NCBI GenBank assembly: GCA_050293845.1
Contig: JBNKNM010000065.1
Span: 1-25,819, forward strand
Direction of reading: 5' to 3'
DNA from: Pseudobacteriovorax sp.
GTDB lineage: Bacteria > Bdellovibrionota_B > Oligoflexia > Oligoflexales > Oligoflexaceae
Length of the DNA: 25,819 nt
The position numbers and the translations under genes are program-made. Position 1 is the stretch's first letter, and each line of letters begins with the position of its first letter. Shown here piece after piece: positions 18,670 through 25,819 of this stretch. The notes beneath the pieces are model-generated. The model saw only the letters and a list, made by a program, of their open reading frames with translations. It was not told where the DNA came from and did not search any database.

Positions 18670-21600
18670 GTGGAGCCCTCTATGTCAGTCAACATCACCC
18701 CATTCCTCTTAATCTGTGCCATGCTATTTGCATGTAACAAATCCACTATCAATGAAAACTTTAGTGAGATCTCCCATATCTGTCAGTCTTCCCCTAGAAT
18801 ATTCAACGATGCACTAATTCTCATTTTTAAGCTAACAAGCGATAAGAAAGATCTTGAAAAGTCCAGCTTGTACCAGGTTTACGGCATCAAAAAAAATGGC
18901 GATCGTGAAGCTCTTGATATAAGTCCTGGTCACTGTATCTTTACCGATAATTCTTTCGAAACAATAGTCGCATGGGATTCTAAGCGAGAAAAAATTGGTG
19001 AAATTGACTTGAACCAGTTCTCAGATCAACTATTTAACGGATCAACATTGTTTCCGATACCACTAAAAGAATATATTCTTCCTCATATGATAACTAACTG
19101 TGAAAACCTATCGATGAGCAATCATAGGCTTAATTTAACTTTTAGTAAAACGACACACTATTTATCTGCTTCATATGAGATAGATATTATTAATATTAAC
19201 AATCCTGAAGATCATCAAACATTGAATTTAAAGGGAATACCCCTAGTTCAAGAAAAGCCGATTGTTTTTCCTCATTCTGGTAGCTATCAGATTATGAGCA
19301 ATATTCGAGATCCCTTCGGTCAGGAGCAGCAACAAGAACTTTGTAGAGTTCATGCATTGGTTGGGGAGCCTAAGGTTACTGCTACCTCCGACTCCTACAT
19401 CAAGCAGGAAGATACTTGGATCATCGTTGATGGCAGTAACATTACCCTTGAAAGTGATCGCCCCCATGCAAAAATTTTTTACTGCATAGCTCCCGAAGAC
19501 TCAGAATCATGCGATTCATACCAGGACTACCTTGAACCTATCTTACCTGCTCCGGGTCGGTATTGCTTGTATTTCTTTGCCGAAGATTTAGCTGGTAATA
19601 CTTCATTATTAAAATCGCAAAATATTTGGGTTGATACTAGCAGCCCGAGTATAGAAGTAGAGTGGCATTATCCCGAATTAAATTCTTTTCCCTATTTTTC
19701 CCATGCACCTTATGCAAATTTTTTAGCCAGAATTGATGTTAGTGATGATGTGAGTAGTCTTCAAAAACTGAGAAGCCGTACCCAATGTAGGTTGCGATTA
19801 GTGGGAGCTTCGTTGCCCTTATCAAATCTTGGCACTTGTCTATCGGATAGTTGCAAAGGTCGATCCCTTCATGATTGGGTTCCTTGTAAAAATGAAATAG
19901 CATTTAGCTTCCAACCTACCAGCAGCCAACCACAATCCATCCGCCTATGGCAAGAAATAATAGATGCTCAAATTATCCTGGATGTGCGTACTACTGATGA
20001 AGCATTAAAGAAAACTACCGTTTCTAAGGGTTTTCGTCAGTCATCACAAATGTATTCCCCCTTTGGTCTTTTGCTACTCGATGATATTCACATTGCTGCC
20101 ACTCGATCAAAAGGAAGACCCTATAAATTTTCTGATGGATGGTGCTATCCATCGAAGATATTTTTTATTTGCTTCAATGAAAAGGAGAGAAGTCACATAC
20201 CTAAGACCATACAAGACATCTACTCCATCGAAGTGATTTCCCATGACGATCCTGAAACAGGATATGCAGATATCTTAGCCAGCGATCAGTGGAGGGAGAA
20301 TATTTGGTATGTTAATGACAAGGGAATTATGCATCGCATAGAGCATACTGCTGCAGGATATGTACTCCATCAACGAGAATTAACCTTTGACATTGACTCC
20401 TATATTTTAAGCATTTCAGCTAGTGATGAGGGCGTTTGGATACTATCGCGAGATCAAGTTTGGTCTTATAGCTTTCCGGACTATACACTACAAAAGACTT
20501 TAAATATAGAACATGGAATTGGTGTATTTCATTACCTCGGTGTACCCTACCTCATCACTCGAGAATATATTATGAATTTAGCAACAAGTAAGAAGACACT
20601 CCATGCTCCCTCAACCACCTCAGTCCTTAAGAATTTTTGGCTCGTGCATATTGTTGAAGAAAGCGACACAGTTTGGATACTTGCTGGATCTCAAGCTTGG
20701 AAGTATAAGGGAGACAGTATGCAGCCGATAAACTGGCCAAGCGACTTTGATAAAGACTCACTATCACTACGCAATACCTTTGTCGATAAAGCAGGTCATC
20801 GCTGGTTTCTATCCTCTGATAATCTATTTACTTTTAATGATGGTAATCTTATTTGGTATAACACATCAAATTTTAAAGTGGCCGATAAATTCCTATACAA
20901 AGATAAATTAAATCTAGAATTTGCCATGATGGATAAATACAACAACTTAGTTATCGGAAGTAATCAAGGTCTAATATATCAGCTAGATTCTTTTCATAAG
21001 CATGCTCTACGTAAGCACCCCATAAAAGAGCTTCCCAGAGAAGTTCCTGCTGACGGCTCATCTTTCTCCATCGAGTTTTTAAAGGTTAGTAACAACGATC
21101 AACTGTGGTACGGCAATGAAAGAGATATTTACAACATTGCTAATCATAATGATAAAAGCTTTAACGCTCAAAGACTAGGTGGACCAGACTCAACATTTAA
21201 AGATATTAGCTTAGATATTGAGAATAAGTTCCTAGGCATCACATATGTTAACGATGTAGGAAAAATTTACTACTTGGATCAAACTCTGGAAAATGTATTT
21301 TCAGTAACGCAAAAGCATATCAGGAAGCCATTGCAGGTTAAGTTGATTGCTAAGCACTCAGTTATGCTTTTTAGTGGGGATGGTATTGAATACATCGATA
21401 AAGATCGCAAAAGTTTTCATTTAGCAGGGTCCTTTCTCGATACATTTTATATAGCGCCCGAACAAATTATACTTTTTGAAAATCATGACGAACAACTTAG
21501 GGTTCTAAAATGGAATCCTTATAGCTCCCATCTTCAAACGATCACATCAACCGATATGGATCTTTTTGGGGTTGAAATCTATTTTAAATCTCCAGATTAT

Positions 21601-21948
21601 TTTATCATTGAAACAATACTAGAAAGCAAGTTTTATCGCGATGGACATTGGGGAATCATAAAACCATTTGGCGAAGAAGCTAGTAGAGTGGGACTAGATT
21701 CCCATGGAAATCTTTATGCTTATAAAATAGGAAAATTTTTGATTTATAAAAACAGTTCATGGCAGTCATTCAACCTATCTTTAGACGTTCCTACAGACTC
21801 AAACCTTATTCTAGTGGGCTCAACCCTATGGTATACTACAAGAGATTTTGGGTCATCATTCAAAGATTTAAACTTTATCGATTTTTCCCATTGTGAAAAT
21901 ATTTGGCGTCCATGCGATATTGGGAAACTTTATTATCCCCGCATGTGA
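18670..21948 (+). CDS. Large uncharacterised lipoprotein (Cys-rich beta-sandwich / Fn3-associated-like N-half; probable beta-propeller C-half)
   Basis: 1092-aa ORF. AAGGAGGT at 18652-18659 and TATAAT at 18617-18622. Lipobox LFAC (Cys22). IFYCI...Y..PI...G.YCLYFFAEDLAGNTS resembles CHB_HEX_C/Fn3-associated modules. Repeated D..G..W[FI]-type strands suggest propeller blades. Confidence 0.75.
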   Translation: MEPSMSVNITPFLLICAMLFACNKSTINENFSEISHICQSSPRIFNDALILIFKLTSDKKDLEKSSLYQVYGIKKNGDREALDISPGHCIFTDNSFETIVAWDSKREKIGEIDLNQFSDQLFNGSTLFPIPLKEYILPHMITNCENLSMSNHRLNLTFSKTTHYLSASYEIDIININNPEDHQTLNLKGIPLVQEKPIVFPHSGSYQIMSNIRDPFGQEQQQELCRVHALVGEPKVTATSDSYIKQEDTWIIVDGSNITLESDRPHAKIFYCIAPEDSESCDSYQDYLEPILPAPGRYCLYFFAEDLAGNTSLLKSQNIWVDTSSPSIEVEWHYPELNSFPYFSHAPYANFLARIDVSDDVSSLQKLRSRTQCRLRLVGASLPLSNLGTCLSDSCKGRSLHDWVPCKNEIAFSFQPTSSQPQSIRLWQEIIDAQIILDVRTTDEALKKTTVSKGFRQSSQMYSPFGLLLLDDIHIAATRSKGRPYKFSDGWCYPSKIFFICFNEKERSHIPKTIQDIYSIEVISHDDPETGYADILASDQWRENIWYVNDKGIMHRIEHTAAGYVLHQRELTFDIDSYILSISASDEGVWILSRDQVWSYSFPDYTLQKTLNIEHGIGVFHYLGVPYLITREYIMNLATSKKTLHAPSTTSVLKNFWLVHIVEESDTVWILAGSQAWKYKGDSMQPINWPSDFDKDSLSLRNTFVDKAGHRWFLSSDNLFTFNDGNLIWYNTSNFKVADKFLYKDKLNLEFAMMDKYNNLVIGSNQGLIYQLDSFHKHALRKHPIKELPREVPADGSSFSIEFLKVSNNDQLWYGNERDIYNIANHNDKSFNAQRLGGPDSTFKDISLDIENKFLGITYVNDVGKIYYLDQTLENVFSVTQKHIRKPLQVKLIAKHSVMLFSGDGIEYIDKDRKSFHLAGSFLDTFYIAPEQIILFENHDEQLRVLKWNPYSSHLQTITSTDMDLFGVEIYFKSPDYFIIETILESKFYRDGHWGIIKPFGEEASRVGLDSHGNLYAYKIGKFLIYKNSSWQSFNLSLDVPTDSNLILVGSTLWYTTRDFGSSFKDLNFIDFSHCENIWRPCDIGKLYYPRM

Positions 21949-21957
21949 AAAGATCAT

Positions 21958-21986
21958 TCCGAAAGCTTTCTAACTAAGCTTTCGGA
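21958..21986 (+). terminator. Stem-loop terminator after the lipoprotein gene
   Basis: Perfect 11-bp inverted repeat TCCGAAAGCTT/AAGCTTTCGGA about 10 nt after the stop codon, followed by TCTCTGTTTT. Confidence 0.7.
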
Positions 21987-22229
21987 TCTCTGTTTTAGGG
22001 GAATTCAATTAAAAGTGAAGCTCTTCAAATCTTTCCAGAAGAGTCTTCTGATAGTTACGAAAGTGTATAGGTTGCTGCAGTACTTCAGTTACTCACCTGA
22101 ATTGTTACTCAAAATTGGAAAGTACAGTCTTATTTCCTACATACTCCATAAATGAAAGATATTTCTTATTAATTTCATGGTATCGGTACCGACAAACGTT
22201 CACGATATGGCAATAAGGAGTTTTTTGTT

Positions 22230-24266
22230 TTGATTAAAATTAAATCAATTTCGCTACGCAATAAGCTCGTGGGGTTTATCATTGTTGTCCTTACATTTTT
22301 TACTATTGCCACCTCTTTAGTCTTTTATTCTGTTTCCACATCACTTGAAAAACAAACTGCAGAATCACTAATTCCTTATTCATCAGCCTTGTCGGAAGCT
22401 ATATCATCACAATTTTTCGAGAGATATACCGATATTCAAGCCTTTGCTAGAAATAGAGGATTATTATCAAAAGATAAAAATGTATATGAAGAAATATTGA
22501 ACGACTACATTAAAATGTATCAGATATACGACCTTTTAATTTTCATTGATACGGATGGTAAATTTCTCGCAAGTAACACTAAAGATCCTCAGGGAAATTC
22601 TATAGATGTGAAGGAATTGAGTCTTACAGATTATAATTCTTTCCAGTGGTTCAAAGATGCTAAAAATGGTAATTTTTCGCAGAGTAAAGCCAAAGGATTC
22701 GATGGTACTGTTGTAGAAGATGTTCATATTGATAGACTTTCCTCGAAAATTTTTGGGAAATCTGTATATGGTAATAGCTTTAGCGCTCCCGTAAAAGATG
22801 GTGCTGGAAGTGTCATAGGCATCCTAACCGCGCGTGCAGGTTTCCGTTGGGTGGAGAATGAATTTATATCTACATATAAATCACTAAAAAGACTTGGCTA
22901 TGATCAGGCTGAGCTGACATTACTGAACAAAAAAGGGGAGGTAATTGTTGATTATGATCCATATACAGTAGGCAACGAAGATATTCACCATGATTTCGCA
23001 AATGTTTTATTAAAGCTTAATTTAATTAAAAAGAAAGTAAAATCCGCTATTGAGATTTCACATGGAAACACCGGCTATGATGTTTCTTTTCATGCGCGTA
23101 AAAAAATCTGGCAAGTAGCTGGCTTTGCTTTTATTGATAGTAACAAATTCTTATCAGAACAACTCGGTTGGGGTGTTATGCTCCGGATACCTAAGGACAT
23201 CATTCTTCAGCCTATAAACGAAGTTACTACAAAATACTATATTATAGTTGTTGCATCGTTTATCTTCAGTATTCTCGCAGGACTATATGTTACTAAGCTT
23301 TTGGTAGCCAAATTAGATGAGCTATCAGAACAACTTGATAAAGGTAGTGCAACAGTGGCCTCTGCTTCATATGAAATCTCACAATCAAGTTTTAGCTTGT
23401 CTGAAGCGACATCGGAACAAGCATCTTTCCTGCAAGAAACGGTTGCTTCTATCCAAGAAATTAGTGCTATGGTGAATAAAAATGCTGACAATGCCAGAGA
23501 GTCTAAAGAGCTTGCTGCATCGAGTGAAACGACAGCAAATAATGGCAAACTTGTTGTTGATCGGATGATCGAGGCGATTACAGAAATTAGTGATAGTAAT
23601 CAAGAAATTCAAGAACACTCAGAAAAGAGCACTAGTGAAATTGCTAATATTGTTACAGTCATAGGCGAAATTACTGAAAAAACTAAAATCATCAATGATA
23701 TTGTTTTTCAAACTAAACTATTATCTTTTAATGCTTCAGTGGAAGCGCAGCGTGCTGGAGAGCACGGTAAAGGATTTGCTGTTGTTGCAGAGGAAGTTGG
23801 TAATTTAGCCAAAATTAGTGGAGTGGCTGCCCATGAAATATCACATCTCCTTGATGATAGTACGCAAAAAGTGCGTCAAGTTGTGGAAGAAACTACCGAA
23901 AAAATTGAGTTACTAGTGAAAAGTTCCCAAGAAAAAATCGAATTAGGAAAAGAAACAGCTATTGAGTGTGTTAATATTTTCGAAGAATTACAAAAAAATA
24001 TTGCTATTGTAAGCGAAAAAACGACACAAATATCTCAAGCTAGTGATGAGCAAAATGCAGGCATAAAACAGATAACTGAAGCCATGGACCAATTAGATAG
24101 CGTCACCCATAAAAATTCATCTGTCGCCCACCAGAATTCGGCATCAGCTAAAACGCTAAGCGATGAATCTAGTAAGGTGGGAGGCATTGTTATTGAATTA
24201 AATAACTTAGTTAATGGAGATAAAGTATCAGAAGAAAAATCAAGCCATCTAAAAAAAGCTAGCTAA
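22230..24266 (+). CDS. Methyl-accepting chemotaxis protein with periplasmic Cache-like sensor domain
   Basis: TTG start with TAAGGAG RBS. Two TM helices flank about 300 aa of sensor domain. Hairpin-tip motif [35 protein letters not shown]. Confidence 0.95.
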   Translation: MIKIKSISLRNKLVGFIIVVLTFFTIATSLVFYSVSTSLEKQTAESLIPYSSALSEAISSQFFERYTDIQAFARNRGLLSKDKNVYEEILNDYIKMYQIYDLLIFIDTDGKFLASNTKDPQGNSIDVKELSLTDYNSFQWFKDAKNGNFSQSKAKGFDGTVVEDVHIDRLSSKIFGKSVYGNSFSAPVKDGAGSVIGILTARAGFRWVENEFISTYKSLKRLGYDQAELTLLNKKGEVIVDYDPYTVGNEDIHHDFANVLLKLNLIKKKVKSAIEISHGNTGYDVSFHARKKIWQVAGFAFIDSNKFLSEQLGWGVMLRIPKDIILQPINEVTTKYYIIVVASFIFSILAGLYVTKLLVAKLDELSEQLDKGSATVASASYEISQSSFSLSEATSEQASFLQETVASIQEISAMVNKNADNARESKELAASSETTANNGKLVVDRMIEAITEISDSNQEIQEHSEKSTSEIANIVTVIGEITEKTKIINDIVFQTKLLSFNASVEAQRAGEHGKGFAVVAEEVGNLAKISGVAAHEISHLLDDSTQKVRQVVEETTEKIELLVKSSQEKIELGKETAIECVNIFEELQKNIAIVSEKTTQISQASDEQNAGIKQITEAMDQLDSVTHKNSSVAHQNSASAKTLSDESSKVGGIVIELNNLVNGDKVSEEKSSHLKKAS

Positions 24267-24310
24267 GTTTTTTACTCAGGCACTTTTCTTCTATCTATCG
24301 CACTGACCGT

Positions 24311-25174
24311 TCAAGATTTATTTAACCAGGGTTTTGTCCCCAAATCTTTCTTAGTCCAGCTACAAACTTCTTTTCCTCGTTGGAAGCCAGGTCTCTTTAG
24401 CAAACGCTCCGACCACGCAAGTGCCTCCTGGTACTTATCAATACCTAAAAAATCATAGGCCTTGCGGCCAGAATTATGAATGTACCCTGTTTGCATCTGG
24501 TAAAACCAAGGCCATATCATGATATCAGCTAGGCTGATCTCTTTACCTAGGATATAGGATTTCCCCACTAATGCCTTATCAAGAACATCACATAATCGTT
24601 GGGTTTCCATACCATAGCGAGTTGTTCCATAGTCTCTGGTTTCACATTTTTCTGCTGGTGCATACACGAAGAAATGTCCATACTGCCCTGACATAGGACC
24701 TTGAGACCCCATTTGCCAGAAGATCCAATTCATCATCTCCGCATGTAGATCAGGGTCATGAGGAATAAATTTATTAAACTTTTGCGCGAAGTAAAGGCAT
24801 ATAGAACCGGACTCAAAAAGTCTAGTTCTTTGACCATGAGGTCCATTTTTATCTAATACTGTCGGTATTTTGCTATTGGGGTTCAGAGCTGTGAATCCGC
24901 TGGTAAATTGTTCACCAATACCAATATTAATTAAGTAGGCATCATAGCTACAATCACAACCTGCTTCCAATAACTCTTCTAATAATATGGAAACCTTTTG
25001 ACCATTGGGAGTAGCCAATGAGTAAAGTTGAATGGGAGCTTCACCCTCTGGTAATTCCTTAGTTTCTCGGGGACCAGAATCGGGACGGTTAATATTAGCA
25101 AATTGATTACCGTCTGTAGCGGTATAAAGATCTTCGATTTTCATTGGGGGAACCCACTCTATAGATTTGGTCAT
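24311..25174 (-). CDS. yghU: Glutathione-dependent disulfide-bond oxidoreductase, YghU-type (Nu-class GST)
   Basis: N-terminal extension FANINRP.SGP...ELP.G..PIQLYSLATPNGQKV, LNPNSKIP, FESGSI, WIFWQMG, ADIMIWPW. RBS AAAGGAG. Confidence 0.9.
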   Translation of the reverse strand: MTKSIEWVPPMKIEDLYTATDGNQFANINRPDSGPRETKELPEGEAPIQLYSLATPNGQKVSILLEELLEAGCDCSYDAYLINIGIGEQFTSGFTALNPNSKIPTVLDKNGPHGQRTRLFESGSICLYFAQKFNKFIPHDPDLHAEMMNWIFWQMGSQGPMSGQYGHFFVYAPAEKCETRDYGTTRYGMETQRLCDVLDKALVGKSYILGKEISLADIMIWPWFYQMQTGYIHNSGRKAYDFLGIDKYQEALAWSERLLKRPGFQRGKEVCSWTKKDLGTKPWLNKS

Positions 25175-25214
25175 ATTTACTCCTTTATATAACTCAGCAA
25201 CACAAACTATTCTT

Positions 25215-25474
25215 CTATCTTAATTTAAATGGGATCACACGATTAACCTCCTTAAAGCCTAGAAGCTTATGAGCGGTTATTGACAGATGATGTGGAGCTC
25301 AGAATCAGATTCCATTTCGATACAGCCTTGGTTCTTAGTCCCCTTCACTGCGGCTCTGACTAATACTTCACCTAACTTCATCCCGCGAAATTCCGTTTTA
25401 ACATACCAACCTTCTATATAAGCCACTGACAGCGATTCACACCTATCCACGACCGACCGCAATGACAATTCTAT
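25215..25474 (-). pseudogene. Aminoglycoside 6'-N-acetyltransferase (AAC(6')-I-like GNAT) remnant, 5'-truncated and frameshifted
   Basis: The first frame gives IELSLRSVVDRCESLSVAYIEGWYV...GCIEMESDSELH. After a 1-nt shift near 25290 it continues HLSITAHKLLGFKEVNRVIPFKLR* (TAG at 25217-25215), the typical AAC(6')-I C-terminus. The N-terminal region is missing. Confidence 0.8.
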
Positions 25475-25560
25475 GGCGAAATGCAATTCGTCGCAACAGC
25501 GAAGGCTAAGAAGAGATTTCGGGAGTAATTACCGAAACGCAAGACGAAGTCGTAGTGGAA
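25475..25560. repeat. Short multi-hairpin element (REP/MITE-like candidate) at the pseudogene truncation point
   Basis: Four tandem mini stem-loops: GGCGAA-atgcaa-TTCGTC, AGC-gaag-GCT, TTTCGG-gagtaatta-CCGAAA and GAC-gaa-GTC. It looks GC-richer than its flanks and has only one copy in the window. Confidence 0.35.
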
Positions 25561-25819
25561 ACAACTAGCAAATTTGATCTAATTCCCAGGAAACTAGCCT
25601 GTGAGCTTGCCTCTCCTACTCCCATGATTTAATCACATATGGATTCGGTTATGATTGAAGTTCCTGAACTTGTTGACTCTATGATAGAAAGGTATTCCTG
25701 TTTCAAGAAAATTGTCTCTAAACTGGAATTTGATAGGATGGTGGGATATGAGAAAAATTGGTGTTTGAGTAAGTAAGAAAGACGGCGTAAGCTGACCAAC
25801 GATATTCAAAATAAAAAAC

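Noticed and set aside
25180..25580. Integron cassette (attC) context for the aac(6')-like remnant
   Set aside because: No convincing RYYYAAC...GTTRRRY pair with the required inner boxes flanks the gene, and no integrase is in the window.
1..25819. CRISPR array, tRNA, rRNA, prophage or anti-phage defence genes
   Set aside because: No regularly spaced repeats, cloverleaf or T-loop signatures, rRNA motifs, or phage/defence protein motifs were found by eye.

Overview
Bacterial chromosomal window, probably from Bdellovibrionota/Oligoflexia; this is an inference from the style of the chemoreceptor and the large Cys-rich lipoprotein, not a measured assignment. Left to right: (1) a nitrate/nitrite assimilation pair, with nirB and the first 17 codons of nirD on the minus strand, divergent from a NarK/NRT2-type MFS transporter and separated by twin ACATT-N4-AATGT palindromes; (2) a tightly coupled L-arabinose/arabinan locus: YtfQ/YtfR/YtfT/YjfF-type furanose ABC transporter, araD, an AraC-family regulator embedded mid-operon, araB, a non-canonical 464-aa L-arabinose-isomerase-like enzyme, a secreted GH43+LamG enzyme, and a convergent secreted LamG+Ig+GH43 enzyme; (3) a 1092-aa uncharacterised lipoprotein; (4) a methyl-accepting chemotaxis protein; (5) a YghU-type GST; (6) a frameshifted, 5'-truncated AAC(6')-I-like acetyltransferase pseudogene abutting a short multi-hairpin element. 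No rRNA, tRNA or CRISPR array was seen. The best novelty candidate is the arabinan/arabinofuranose system built around the divergent isomerase. All family calls are motif recognition by eye; no database search was run.
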